Shown: in pieces, positions 49,880 through 63,736 of the stretch
Layout of the letters: the number at the start of each line of letters is the position of its first letter
How positions within the stretch are numbered: the first letter of the stretch is position 1
Source: Lama glama
Taxonomy: Eukaryota
Direction: 5' to 3'
Length of the DNA stretch: 64,000 nt
Assembly (NCBI GenBank): GCA_028534125.1
Contig: CM052816.1
Coordinates: 34,722,001-34,786,000, forward strand
The notes under the pieces: model-generated
Seen by the model: the letters and a program-made list of their open reading frames with translations, nothing else
The model's database searches: none
Told to the model about the DNA's origin: nothing
Program-made: the position numbers and the translations under genes

Positions 49880-50345
49880 AGCCTCTTAATTGAAAACTTA
49901 AAAAATACAGAAATACATACAGAATCAATGTTAATCCCACTACTCAAAAATAATCTTAAAAGTTTGAATATACATTCCAGTTTTTTATTTATCTATAAAT
50001 GCTTGTATACTTTTTTTATAAATTTAGAAATACACTGCACATTTTGTAACCTCACTTTTTCAATTAATATTTTATAAATATTTCCCCTTGTCATTAAGTA
50101 TTATCATCACTATCATTTTAATGGCTTCATAGTGTTAAACAGATGTACAATAACTTACTGCCAGAATTATCTAGTGTTTTCCCTGGTTTGTTTCCATAAA
50201 TAACACTGTAATGAATAACCTTGTACATGAATTTTTGTATACGTTTATTTATTTCATTGGAGGTAGAATTTCAATTCTGAGAAGTTATTTTAATTCCTAG
50301 AGGTAGAATTTCTGGGGGAAAAAAGACGATGTTTATATTTTTTAA
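49880..50345 (-). mobile_element. Old L1 (L1ME-like) 3'UTR fragment
   Basis: ttttgtaacctcacttttt ... cattttaatggcttcatagt ... aataacactgtaatgaataaccttgtacat ... ttcctagaggtagaatttctggg. Confidence 0.6.
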
Positions 50346-51784
50346 AACTCTTGTTACTACCAAATTTCTCTCCAGATGACCTTTCATGAGCAGTCCTCAT
50401 TTCATGTTTTTGAATACTCTCAAAATTAGTAAAAACTTGATTTTTGAAAATGGATTCCTCACTAGATATCATACTTCCACCCATAGATTATAAACTCTTT
50501 GAGCTTGGAGACCACTTCCTAAAAATTCATCTTTTATATTCCAAAACCTCAAGAAAAAGCAATTTTGTATTAGTATCCGGTAAATAAGGTTAATCATCAA
50601 ACTGGATAATGCTGTTTGAGTCAAAATAATATGACTGTAAAGTAATAACGTGGATTGTGTACATTGTCAGCAGGCTTTGAAGCACAGATATATCCTCATT
50701 CATGAGCACAGAGAACAACTATCATGGAAGGAAAATGGAAGATAAGTGGAGTTTACCTGTTTTCTCTGATGGCTCCTTCAAATTGGCGATTATTTTTTCC
50801 AATTATTCAGAGGTGATACTCGTTAAAAGAAATACCCAAAGAATAGAACATACAGATGATGAAGAATGCACGCTGGTTAGTGTTGTTTTACATAATGAGA
50901 AAAAATTGAAGTAAATGTATAAACATAGATGAATAAAGTGAATCTCAATGAAAAGCCTAAGGGAAAAACTAGCATTACTTTTTGTTGAAAAATAAGCATT
51001 ATTTTTGTTGTTGTTTTTAATTCTCCTTTACTGAAAAAGAACACAACTGGATTCTAAAAGTAGCTTGCAAGAAAAGCTTCCTTCAACTGAGGTCTAAAAG
51101 TTCTATTCAAAGATTAACCATTTCCACACAGAGATGGGTATTCACAGTGTTCGCACTGAGGCAGGACAAGCAAGCTTGAGTTATACCTTTTCAGGTTAGG
51201 AAAGAGGTGGTTAAAAGTTAGACACAGCTGTTACAGATGACCTACATCAAGTCCATGGGAAAGGCCAATTGTCTCCCTCAGAGACACTGAAAGTAGGGCT
51301 CTGCTTCCCCATAAATCTTTTCAGCCTCTGGAACGCCCTGGAGTTTCACCTTGCCCAGCCCCTCAAACTGAGGTCATCCTTAGTGATTTACCTGGAGCGC
51401 TCCCTCAGCCCTAGGTTGCACAGAGATGTTCCTCTATCGCTAGTATCTTTGCTTCATCCAACGTGACAGCCTCCCAGGTCAAGCCAACCTAGGGTACTAT
51501 TGGAAGAAACCAGGCTCACACTATGGTGAAAAGGTGAAAGCTCCTGTTCTCGTGCCTTCTGCACAGTCAGAGCAACGGTAGGCTGCACATTGGGAGCTCA
51601 GTTTCTAAGGTGCAAGGCTGTGAAGAGATGGGCTTGGAAGATGTTTCCCATACTGTCTTTCAACCTCTGTGGATAATGCTGAAGTTTCTGAGTTAAGTAA
51701 AATTTGGTCCTACGGTTAAACTTGTGGAGAGGGCAAAGTTTGTCTTCAGTTTAAAAAAAAAAAGAGAGAGCGATCCTTCAGTAC

Positions 51785-52000
51785 CTGTTCCATTTCTACA
51801 TGCCATGCCAGGTATTTTCACATTTCCTAGCTCATTTAAATCTGACAACATTCCAGGGAGGTGAGCTAATTATTCCCACTTTAACAAATGAAGGAAATGA
51901 GCAAAAAGAGAGGAAGTAGTATATCCAGAATTAACCAGTTAGTAAATGGAAAAGCCAAAATATAACCTTGGGTCTTATTAATTCTAAAACTCTTTCAATG
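51785..52000 (-). mobile_element. MIR SINE
   Basis: catgccatgccaggt ... ctcatttaaatctgacaaca ... tattcccactttaacaaatgaaggaaatgag. Confidence 0.7.
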
Positions 52001-53179
52001 TACCCTCCCCTTTTCTATTTGTTTCTTGGTGTTCCCTCTTTTCTGAGCTTTTCCTCTTCAAATTGACTTTCAACCAGCTATCATATAAGAAGGGATTTTA
52101 TAATATAATTACCTCTTTTTAGTTTTGGTTGTATTTGAATATGAAGCAACCATGGGATGAAATTTCAATGGTGAAATTTTAGATCAGTGACAGTTTGATA
52201 CAGGGTGTATTTTAAGATTATAGTCTCATAAAAGCTGAGATTTCTAGTGGGATGCCTAAAAGTCTCAATTCTACAAGGTCCTGAAGTCAGGGGCCACATG
52301 TTTTTGTCCATCTCTGTTGTAGTAACATGGACAGAACATGGTTGACAAATATCTTTTGATGAGAATGATGAAAAATTTTGTTAGGTTTTCAAGAAAAAAA
52401 TACTTCTGAAGGAGGTGATGGTAGCAGAATAAGAATTCCTTTGTATTCTTGTGAACATTAGTATAATTTGCCTCTTTTTCCAGCCTCCAAAAATATCACT
52501 ATAAACATAAAACCTCATCTATTCCTCTCAACCCTTAATTCATTAACAGGAACACTCAACAAAATAGAGTAGTGGAAATGAAACATTTTTCTTGTCACCA
52601 GATGAAGAAAGTATGTTATGCAATCTTTGAGTATATGTTCTGGTAATGCTGAAAGAAATTATGTATTAGAAGTAAAAGTTTTAAAAAAGGTATTTTTTCT
52701 TGGGTTTACACAGAAAAATTGTTAGCTCAGAACTTACATTGAATATGTAACTGAAAAGTCAATAGAGCAGATATTTAGCACCCAGGGGGCAAAAAAAAAG
52801 AATACTTGAGATCTAAACCAGCAGAGAGCATTTGGTTATCATCCCCAACAATCAAAACAAATCTTCACTGAACATCTAGTATGTATAAACATACAAACTA
52901 GACAGTGGAAAATAAAAAGTAGAAGATCTTAAAATCTATTTTGGGATACAGGCTATGTCCATCTACCCACCTACATGATAAAAGTGACCAAAACAAAATG
53001 GATACCATTTTACTGAATGTCTTTCATAAATGACCTCACTGTCTCCTACGTGTCCATAATGTTACAAAATTATTCCTGCTTAAGGAGAGTAATCTGTTGT
53101 ATTCTTTCACCTTTTAACTTTATTTCCTAGCATGGAAAATAAAACCAGGGTTTTATCACAATAATTAATAAATAAATAA

Positions 53180-53812
53180 CTCACTTTTTACTTTTTAAAA
53201 ATTATTTTTATGCTAAGATAATTTTAGGCTTATAAAGGAGTTGAAAAACACTACAGAGGTTCGGCATGCAGCTTTCCTTCTTGCTAGCACCTTACTTAAC
53301 TAAAGAGATAAAGGGTACTGATCGCTAAACTATGAAATGCCAGTTTTTCTACTAATGTCCTTCTTTTAACATTTCAGGGTCTAATTCAGGATTCCACACT
53401 ACATTTGGTTTGTCATGTATCCTTAGTCTGCTCCAGTCTTTGACAATTCCTAGTCTTTTGTTGTCTTTCATTACCTTGAGGCTTTTGAAGAGTACTGGTC
53501 AATTACTTTGTAGAATGTTCCTTAACTTGGATTTGCTTAATGTTTTCTCTGCTTGGACTGAGATTATGCATTTTTAGAAACGCACCACAGAAGTGATATG
53601 GCCACCATTACTGTATCGTATCAGGGGTACCTGACACAGACATGTCTTATTATTGGTGAGGGTATTCTTGGTTAAGGCTGTGTCTGCCCAATTTCCCCAC
53701 CGCAAACCTACTAGTTTTCCCTTTATAATCAATATGTATTTATTTACATATAATAAGAGACACTTTGAAATTATTCAAATGTCCTATTTCTCCTTCAATT
53801 TCACCCACTAAG
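53180..53812 (-). mobile_element. L1MC4/L1MC5-like 3'UTR
   Basis: aattcaggattccacactacatttgg...gtcatgtatccttagtct ... ttttgaagagtactggtcaattactttgtagaatg ... accacagaagtgat. Confidence 0.75.
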
Positions 53813-54609
53813 CAAATCACTTCTGAGGAAAAGGCAAATGTAATCCATACATAGGAGACCTCCTCCAGTGACACCAGAAGGGTGTCAAGCCAGAAGGGAC
53901 TGGTGGCTGCTAAGCTAATCCTAAACTAGAGAATCTTAGAAATCTTAGAAATGCTAAAGGCAGAGCATATGAAACAAAAACACCATCAAAAAGGCATAAA
54001 CAATTTGCCATTAGTACCAAAATACCTTCTCTTTTCAATAATTGAAGGGCACAGCTAAAATAAAGAGATAAAATGTGAAGAGAAACAGAAAGAGTTCCAG
54101 ACAGATTCCATAGTTTTCATAGTTGCATTATCATTTGTATTTCTTAACTCATTTTCGTATTAGTAAGTTATATGGTTCACAGATGGTTTAAAAATACCAT
54201 TTCCAGTGTTCCTTAGATCAAGTTCGTAAGGAGCCATAGGCTTTAGGGTTTCTGAGCCATTAAACCTTGGCAGACTATTGAATGCCACTTGTAGGATTGG
54301 TTTATTAATTTTCCCTCAACATTCATTTATAGCATTTCAAAATCTGTATTCAAGATACATTGTAAAATATGCCTTCCGAATTATTTCTATAACAACTGCC
54401 CTAGCCATAAGAGGCAAAAAATTCATGAACCCTGTCTTTGCAGAATGAATTTGACCCTCCAAGTGTCCCAACTGCACTAACTGTGGCATATACAAAGGAA
54501 CATCACTATCAGCTAGTTTATCACACCAAAAAAGCAATTTGAAGTTAATTCATATAAAATACCAAAATATCTGTATTATTGATGAAACAATTATGTGGTT
54601 TTTTCTGAT

Positions 54610-55200
54610 TCAATAATAACATCAATAGCCAATATATATTTAGTACTTTTTATGTGCCAATCTCTAATCCAGCTACACAGACTATCTCATTGAATCGTCA
54701 CAGCTTTATGAGATATCAAGAAGGATTTGAGATTTTTACCCTACTTGGAAGTTAACAAAGTAGTCTACCATAGTTTTATGGATGCTGACAAAGATGAAAG
54801 ACTTCATTAGCCACAGAAATAACAATAACCAGAGTCTCAGCATTTTCTGGGGCCAGTTCTCCAACCCCTGGTTCCCACAGGACCACACAAAGAGGGTCAG
54901 GTGACACGAGCACACATAGTGGGTGCATTACAGCAGAGAAGCCCTGAAGTTAGGGAACCTGAATCTTTTTAAACGGACAGGAAGCATGCCACTATTTGCT
55001 CCAGAGGGAGACACTGTCTTTCAGGGGTATTTACTACACAGATATCCTTGAAGAAATAATCCAGAACAAAGGCAGAAACGTGCCTGTGCTCGCAGGACAA
55101 GCAGAAATGCAGGGCACTCATGGAGAATTGTCTCACAACATGATTTCAGTGCTGTAATTATTCCCTTTACAAATGAAGAACTTTATGCTTAGAACTGCAT
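54610..55200 (-). mobile_element. MIR SINE split by an LTR40-like element
   Basis: aatagccaatatatatttagtactttttatgtgcca ... tctcattgaatcgtcaca; resumes attattccctttacaaatgaagaa after 55140. Confidence 0.65.
54714..55140 (-). mobile_element. ERVL solo LTR (LTR40-like)
   Basis: tgagatttttaccctacttggaagttaacaa...tttatggatgctgaca ... catggagaattgtctcacaaca. Confidence 0.7.
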
Positions 55201-55364
55201 GAATTTAAGGAGTGATTCAGAGTGGGGTTGGGTGTAAAGATGTACCTAAGGCAAACTTTTTTTAGGTATTTTGAAAAATAAATTGTGTTTTTCTCTCTGT
55301 GATGTCATTTTTTTCAATGTAAACATTAAGTTCTATATATAATTTCACACCTACTTGCTTAAGG

Positions 55365-55580
55365 AAGAAGTATGTCATAGTAGAAAAAAACAAGAGCCCT
55401 AAAGTCAGACAGTGTCAAGTTAAAATTTTAGCTCTGTACTTACTAAGCTTTCTGAGGCTCAGGATCCTCATCTGTGAAATGGGAATCCCTTGTAGAGTCA
55501 TTGTAGACATTAAATGAAATCATGGATGTGACACTCCCAAAACAGAATTCTGTCACATAGTAAGTACTCAACAATAGAGA
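55365..55580 (+). mobile_element. MIR SINE
   Basis: aagtcagac ... gctctgtacttact ... ctcaggatcctcatctgtgaaatgggaat ... cacatagtaagtactcaa. Confidence 0.8.
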
Positions 55581-56882
55581 TGGTAGTGAAGACTTACAGG
55601 ATGATTGTAAGCAAAGTCCCCTTAACTTTTGCTGCTCTCAAAATTTGGAAAACTCAACAATAAAATCAAGAGATTTTTAAGCCCTGTTTTTCCATGTAAA
55701 AGCTTTTTCAGGCATTGGGGATGTGTCATGTTGAATTTAACTTTTTTTTGTTCAGATTAATTTTAAACATGGGGTGAAAACTCTTTAAGCTGTCAAAGCA
55801 TTAGCTTTTAGCATTAGAATGGATGTTGTTCTTTTAAAAGGTCTCCTAATTTTTTTAATGACTTGGAGCAGGAGAGCTTGTCATTTTCCCTAACACGATG
55901 TGAATAAAATACAAATGTATGGTGGAAACCGGAGTAGGGAGGAGCTCAGTAATCTACATTTGCCATGATGTGTGTCCTAGTGATCAACTCAGAGGGCCCT
56001 GTGTCTTCACATAGGAAAGTGTGCTGTGTTACAGACAGCTCTGTTGATCTTTCACGCGGAGAGGCGTTGGAAGATGAAACTGCATTTTACATTAACTTAA
56101 AAGTTACACCACAGCCATTAGATAAAAGCAAGAACAATTGCCTGCTCAGTGGGCAGGCTGCTGCAGAGGAAGAGACACACTCATCAAACAGTTGTGTTTT
56201 TCAGCTTTGGCAGATGGAACATCACATTCTTTGGTGAGTTCCTCCACCCTGTAAAATTTAATGATTTGCCCTCCCCACAGATTGCTGAACAACTTATTGT
56301 CCATGATAACTTGATGTTGATTTGCTTTCGAAAGCCTCTCAACTTTAACTAATAGTTGCAATCCAAATTAACAATAACCAAGAAAGTATGGAAATTATGG
56401 GTGCATTCTGGTAATTCACTCCAAACTAAGCTTGTTATCTGCATGAAATACAACCGTGGCTCCATGAATAATTCTCAGAAATGTTGAATTTAAAATGAGC
56501 ACTGGGTAGGATAAACAGTAGTTGAATAATACTTAAACTCCACCATCTGTTATTCTAGTATTTTAATGTGAGCTGAATTTCTTTTATTAGGTGTTTATTT
56601 GTGATTCTTTCTGTATAGATTCTTCTCTTATGCAGAGAGAGATCCATAAATGGGGGAATAGTAAGAGTTATGATTCAGGACAGTTTTCTGTTACAGTAAT
56701 TCTCTTAATAGAGAAACACAATGTCACAATCTCAAACATTTCCCAAAGGGGTACCTGAAGAATTCCTGAAAAAAAATTGCCTTAATTTAGAGTCTTTATT
56801 TGTGAGATTCTATAAAGTTGGTGAGTGTAGAAGGAGGGAGTTATTCAGGTAGTAGGGAAAGAAAGAGTTTAGGTAAAAATTA

Positions 56883-57060
56883 GGGGGGATAGTATAGCTC
56901 AGTTGGTAGAGTGCCTGCTTAGCATGCATGAGGTCTTGAGTTCAATCCCCAGTACCTCCATTAAAAACAAAAAAAAAATAAGTAAATAAACCTAATTACC
57001 TCCCCCCAAACAACAATAACAATAAACAAAAAAACAATAAAACTGAAGTTTAAAAAAAAT
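56883..57060 (+). mobile_element. Camelid tRNA-Ala-derived SINE (Vic-1 type)
   Basis: gtatagctcagttggtagagtgcctgcttagcatgcatgaggtcttgagttcaatccccagtacctcca head; aaataaacctaattacctccccc and A-rich tail. Confidence 0.9.
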
Positions 57061-57689
57061 GTTTTAAATTAAGGACAGGAAACAAACAAAATAATTAATA
57101 GTAGGAGACAAAGGACAGGATGAAAAAATAATAACAAGTATGCAGTAATAGTCTTTGGAAGAAAAATAAGATAAAGAATATTTGAAAAATGAAATGGGTA
57201 TCATGAAAGGAAGATTTAATGAGCTCATCATGCTGGAAAAAAAATCAATCAATGCTATTTCCCCTAAAATGTTATACTAAGCTATTCCAGTGACCTCATG
57301 TAAAATTTGCATGAGAATAATTTTTCTTCTTCCTGATGTGAGAAATACAATAAAAAGTTACATGGAGGGAGCAGGAGACCATAATAATGACATTTACATA
57401 GCTCCTTCCTGATTACCAAAATACTTTCACATACAGTAGCTCCTTTGAGAGATGCAAAACTATTTAAGGTAGGTAGGAGTGATCTTATCATTCTTATTCT
57501 ATATATCACCAACAAGCTCAGCCAAGAAGTAACAGAATCTTGAAGTCAGTTTTATTTTTCAAAACTCTCAACTTTAATTGTTACATTTCTAATTAGCGCT
57601 AACCAGAGTGGCCAAGGATATTCTGGGTATATTCCAAGTAGGACTATGATCTGCTTGAAATGTCCCTTCCTTTTGACTCCAAATTCAGT

Positions 57690-57990
57690 TCTTATTTACA
57701 TACCACCTAAAGAAATCTGGCTCTGCCACCAACTGAAAAAAACACCCTGACGTCGTCCCTTAACTTCTCTAAGCATCAGTTTCCCCACCTAACGTTGAGA
57801 GAGTAGTTAAATTTTACAAAGCACTTTTGTATCCATCCTCTCACTTAATGTACACAGAAACTATATCAGGTCAATATTTCTACTTTTTAAAATAAAGTAA
57901 ATCTAAATTCAGAGTTGGTAAATGGCCTGCCCAGGATCACGCTGTCAATAAATGTTAGATCCAGGTCTGCACTCAACATCTCCAAGCCAT
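57690..57990. mobile_element. Two adjacent MIR fragments in opposite orientation
   Basis: Plus: ctggctctgccacc...cttaacttctctaagcatcagtttcccc; minus: ttcagagttggtaaatggcctgcccaggatcac. Confidence 0.6.
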
Positions 57991-58149
57991 GAAATCTAGG
58001 ATTGGGTTAGATGCTCTCTAAGATCTCAAACAGTTCTCTCTTCTCTCACCTCAAAGACTGACTGGTAGGATCTTTTGTTACTTACATATCAACAGTATTT
58101 TACTGGTAAATTATATAATATTTAGAATAGAAAATGAAATAAAAATCTA

Positions 58150-58394
58150 TTTTTTTTAATTCAAGTATAGTCAGTTTAAAATGTTGTGTTAATTTCTGGT
58201 GTACAGCACAGTGATTCAGTTGTACATACATATATTCCTTTTCATATTCTTTTTCATTATAGGCCATTACAAGATATTGAACATGGTTCCCTGTGCTATA
58301 GAGTAGGACTTTGTTGTTTATGTATTTTATATACAGTAGTTAGTATCTGCAAATCCTGAACCCCCAATTTATTCCTCTACCCTCCCCCGGCCCG
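58150..58394 (-). mobile_element. L1 3'-end fragment (artiodactyl/camelid type)
   Basis: T-run then aagtatagtcagttt...aatttctggtgtacagcacagtgattcag; TSD taaaaatcta 58140-58149 / 58395-58404. Confidence 0.9.
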
Positions 58395-59954
58395 TAAAAA
58401 TCTAGTTACTGAAATACTTCCTCACACTTCCTTTCTACAAGTGTGGTGGGAAGAATAAAAGATAACCCAAAACCTTTCTGTACCCTGAGTTCATGCTCTG
58501 GTTTGAAGCATAAATATCTACCGCCAGAAAGGCACCACATAGTGTTCTGAGGGGCAGAATAAGAGGTGACCATAAGACTTAAACCTCAGAATGGGCTTAA
58601 ATACTCAGAGATTAGAGCAAATGAATAGAAGAATGTTAACCCAGAAATATCTTATGTACTGTCTACGTAATTAGCCTGTCTCTTCGCTACCAAAAAAGAG
58701 ATTAGAATGTGTTTTCTTGTAAATGATAAGAATAATAACATTATTGTTATCTTTGTTATTATTCAATATTACTACAGCCCTTCTAGCAAAATTAAGTTAG
58801 GCAACATTCATTCAGTACCTGAACACTGATTAACGTGCATATTCAAATCCAGAGAGAATCACAAATACAGGAAACATGCAGATTTTAGGTACCAGCTTCA
58901 GCCTGGTCTTCAGAGTAATCTTTTCTTCTCTTTTGTTGTGTCTTTATCAAGATCTCCCAAAAAGTCATTCAACTGACTCATTCAAATCTTTCTTCCTGTT
59001 TGTTTAATGTCTAAAAGTACTAAAGTAAAATATTGGAATGAATAAAAGGCAAAATGACAGAATGGGAAAAGAACAGAAACAAAGGACCAAAGCAATTAGT
59101 CCCTAAATAATTGAGATATGACATACTTTTCTACTACCCATAATTGTGCGGTGTAGTTTAAGTTGTAAACTGTGACACATTACCCCAAAGCCAAAACAAC
59201 TTGCTCACGCCTACTTAACTTATAACAATGTACATGGTACATATTTTCTCCATGAATCAAGTAAGATGGATGTCAGAGCAAGACTTAGAAGATATGAAAA
59301 CTGAGAATTTGATAGTGGATTGCTCTGGCAGCAGATTAAATAAGTAATGCAGGTGCATCAATTCCAAACTCTCTTTTCATTTAAATTTCAGCACTGCATC
59401 AAACATCAGGCAACAGTGTAAGATGAAGTAGGACCAAAGCAAGGAGGAAATTATAATAATGTAACTTGCCATACAGCTTCATTTCAAATAACATCTTTCA
59501 TATAAACTGGTATCCAAAGTGTTTTACCGAATAAAATAGTACAAGAAAGTGGACAGCATGTGGTATAAATTATAGAAAACAGTGGTGCAAGGATATTATA
59601 TGTGGAGCAAATTAAAGTGTTCCATCACAAAGCCAAGAGCAGTGGGAGAGAGGGTGAAGAGGTATAGCCAAGTGTATAATTTTAGATGAGGTGTAAGAAA
59701 CTTGAACATTTATAAGAAAGCCGTTTTTCTCCCCACTTACATTTTTAAAATGAAGTACTTACCATCATTCTCTTTTAGTTGAATGCTCTAAGTTGTGGGT
59801 TTGATAATGCTGAATTTTAGGATGCTTAGCTTGACTATTGCAATCAATCAGGAGGAATGAGGGCTTCTGTGTGAAGAATCAAATTTTCCCCCAAATGGGC
59901 AGCTTATCTAGAAGTAGTAAATCTACAAGTGACGAAAATCCTCTTCCAGGCATT

Positions 59955-60210
59955 TACAGCAGGGTAGTTTAGAGCATGGTCATTGTAATCAGACTGATCG
60001 GATCTCTGCCTTAATTTTGTCACTTACGAACTGTATGGACTGCTCACCATGTAACTTGTCTTTGTCCCAGTTCCTTTAGCTCAAAAATGAGAATTATACT
60101 AATACCTATATAACAAGATTGTCATAAATATTAAATAACAAAATTCATATGAAATGTTTCTTACAGCATCAGTAGCACAGCCATTTAAAATGTTAGCTAT
60201 TATAAATATT
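59955..60210 (+). mobile_element. MIR SINE
   Basis: gtagtttagagcatgg...aatcagactg ... gtcacttacgaactgt ... aaatgttagctattat. Confidence 0.75.
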
Positions 60211-60718
60211 AGATATGAGGAGGAGGACTGAGTCCCCACAGGGACTCCAGAACCGCCAGTGAGGACCTCTAGATTTGCCAAATCCCAATAGTATTCAGAC
60301 AAAGTAGTAAACATTCACTTTGGAGTACTCCCCACAAGGGTGAACCACTTACACACCCTCCTCCAGGAGTGCAACAGCAAAGTCCAGGCATTCAAGGGTG
60401 TGAATCTCTGAGGTCCCATGACTTCTGGTTTGTAATCAAGAATCTGAAACAACAGAAAAGGGACACTCGTTAAAATCTCATAGAAGATCCAGAGTAGGTC
60501 TTTTGTTAGGTTCATGAAGTTAGGCACGAGAGCTCATTCATTTAACAAATGATTATTGAGGTTATAGAATCATATTTACCAGCCCTGCTACTTCCTCATT
60601 GCTCTTATCGATTCCTTAAATTATGGCTCTGCTACGTGGCCTTGCGTGTTCCTCTTGTCTTAGGCGACATCCGTGATGTACCCACTGGGGAAACTCACAG
60701 TTCCCACCATTCCTTTAG

Positions 60719-61205
60719 TGTGAGTTACATATTGCTGCTCCAAACTTAGCACCTTAAAACTCACATATTTATTATTACACAATTTCTGAGATCCAGGAAC
60801 CCAGGAATAGTTCAGCTTTGTGGTTTTGGCTCAAGATCTCTCATGAGATTTCTGCAAAGTCAGGCTACCATCCAAGGCTGCAGGGTTGTTTCCCAGTTCA
60901 TTCATGTGACTTCCACAAAAGATTTCAGTTCCTTACCATGTGGGTTGTGGGTCTCTTCATAGAACTGCTTATGATATGTGAGCTGGCTTTCCCCAGAATA
61001 AGTGATTCATGAAAGCAAGAGAGACTGAGGCAGAAGCCACAGTATCTTCTATGACCTGATTTCAGAAGTGGCATACTTTTAATTCTGCTGTGTTCTATTG
61101 GTCACACAGACCAATCCTGGTATAACATGGAAAGCAACTGCACAGGGTAAATACCAGAGGGCAGGGAGCCATCCCCTGGGGCCATCTTGGAGGCAGGCTG
61201 CCAGA
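60719..61205 (-). mobile_element. MaLR solo LTR (MLT1H-like)
   Basis: ccaaacttagcaccttaaaac ... gctggctttccccaga ... ttctattggtcacacagaccaatcctgg ... ggggccatcttggaggc. Confidence 0.8.
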
Positions 61206-62619
61206 CCCTCTTTGTGGAAAACTATTTCTCAGCCCTGGTGATCCTGGACATGCTTAACCTGTTGATGACTGTAATCCAGTTTGTCTTTATTTTTCTGTTC
61301 CTTCCAAGCTTAACCGTTGTAAACTACCGTATGATGCTGAAGTTTTCCTTTCTCAAATCATAAGCCAAAACATTTACCCTATTATATTTAACATGAATAC
61401 TTTAAGACTTTTACCGGTTCTTCCAAATAAACCTGATTATGTTTATTGAAGAACATTAGCTGCTGAAATTCAAGGATCACATATCAGTAACTGACTATAC
61501 AGCACCTAGCATGTCATCCTAGTTTCTGAGGTATTAAAAATAATTATGATTATTTTCAATAGATGAAGCATCAGAGGAATGCTAGCCTTGAACTTTCCTC
61601 TGGGTCTTTGTACTCTGTTCATTCTCTGTCTATTCAGAATACCTTTCCACCCTTTCCACATAATATTTTTCATGACATAACTTCAGGGCAGCTTTTTCAG
61701 GGTGCTTCCTCTGATCTTTCATCCCTCTCTTCCACGAGCTACATTAACATTGCATTTGATTTCTCTCTTTCTGTTGTTTACTCTTCAAAGAACAAGAGGG
61801 CACGGCTGCCGCTTATATGAAAGAACTTTTTAAAGGGGTAGAACCAGGAGTCATAGCTGGCGAGACATGGTGACCTAGACCCCACAAGTTAAGAGACTGC
61901 CAAATCACTGAGGTAGAAAAATAACCACCAATTTCTCAGTCTTCGTAGATGGGTTCATCCTTAGGACCCTAGGATAACAGATTTCTCTTCTTGGAACCAG
62001 GGGATGTTTACTTTCCTGAAGGTCCCTGATTGTCAGCAAGACAGCTGACCTTTTACAACTGTTTGCTCAGTGACCTTATGGACTCTCAATCCAAACTCTG
62101 CTTTGACAGTGGGCAGAGCCTAGCAGTTGCCCTGAAGGCAATGGGGTGGGACTGACCTTGGTTTCCTCAGCTTTCCCATGCTCAGCGCTTCTCAGAACCT
62201 TTCTGCTTCTGTGTATAAAAACAGCGTAGCAGCTTTCAAGAACATTTGAAAAGAAAAAAGTACTGTGAAAAACAATAATCCCGGTAGCCAACTGCACAGA
62301 GAAGAGAGTTTGTGAGTTCTAAGTCTCTGTATTCCATGTGTTTAGTAAATGAGTTCAGGGTTCCTAACTTATATTCTTAAAAGCGTTATGCATGTACACA
62401 CACACTCAATCTTTTTTTGCTTTTAATGACTGTTTCCTGATTCTCTTAGTTTCTTGGAGACAAAGGTGAGCAGCACCTGACACGTGTTCCTTTCCATGCC
62501 TTTGTCCGTATGAGTATAAAGTTTCACATAGTTGCATTATAATGTGCATACAATTTTCTACCCTTCTTTAGGCATTTAACATAAAACCATAAGCAATATG
62601 TCAGTGTTGCTGCATAATA

Positions 62620-62850
62620 GCCTTCATAGTTTAGCGTGGGGAGTTTTGGTGTCTAACAGAGGGGTCAAGTCCTACCTCTGTCACTTAGTGCTTGTATTAC
62701 CTTGGATAGTTAACATCTCTGGGAATCACTTAGCTCCTAAAATAGGGTCAAAAATATCTGCCTTGTGCTGTCAGTAGAAATAAATGAGGTATGGGATGCA
62801 AAATCTTAATGTTGACCTGTACTAAATATGCAATAAATTTTAGCTAAAAA
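62620..62850 (+). mobile_element. MIR SINE
   Basis: ggggtcaagtcctacctctgtcacttag ... accttggatagttaacatctctg ... caataaattttagct. Confidence 0.75.
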
Positions 62851-62919
62851 TAACCTTCATAAAATATAAATGTTTAGGTAATATAATATCCCATCAAGTA
62901 TAAAATGATAGTTATTTTT

Positions 62920-63736
62920 GATTTTTTTAATTGAAGTATAGTCAATTTATAATGTGTTATTTTCTGTTGTACAGCATAGTGTTCATTTGTACATATATAT
63001 ATTCCTTTTCATATCCTTTTTCATTATAGGCTATTACAAGATATTGAATATAGTTCCCTGTGCTATATAGTAAGACCTTGTTGTATATCTATTTTATATA
63101 TAATAATTAGTATCTGCAAATCCTGAACCCCCAGTTTATCCCTCCACCACCACTCCTTCCCCCCCTGGTAACCATAAGTTTGTTTTCTGTGTCTGTAAGT
63201 CTGTTTATGTTTTGTAAATAAGTTCATTTGTGTCTTTTTTTAAGATTCCACATTTAAGTAATATCAAATGGTATTTTTCTCCTTCTGGCTTACTTCACTT
63301 AGAATGATGATCTCCAGGTCCATCCATGTTGCTGCAAATGGCATTATTTTATTCTTTCTTATGGCTGAGTAGTATTCTATAAATATACCACAGCTTCTTT
63401 ATCCAGTCATCTCTCGATGAAATTTTAGGTTGTTTCCATGTCTTGGCTATTGTAAATAATGCTGCTATGAACATTGGGGTGCATGTATCTTTTCGAGTTA
63501 CAGTTCCCTTTGGACCTATATACCCAGGAGTGGGATTGCTGGCTCATGGGGTGAGTCTATCTTTAGTTTTTTGAGGAATCTCGATACTGTTTTCCATAAC
63601 GGCTGCACCAAACTACATTCCCACCAGTAGTTTAGGAGGGTTTCCTGTTCTCCATACCCGCTCCAGCATTTATTGTTTGTGAACTTTTTAATGATGCCCA
63701 TTCTGACTGTTGTGAGGTGATACCTCATTGTAGTTC
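62920..63736 (-). mobile_element. L1 3'UTR plus ORF2 C-terminus (artiodactyl/camelid type)
   Basis: ORF 63516-63836 contains TTMRYHLTTVRMGIIKK...[11 protein letters not shown]...PAIPLLGI; 3'UTR similar to the 58150 copy. Confidence 0.9.
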
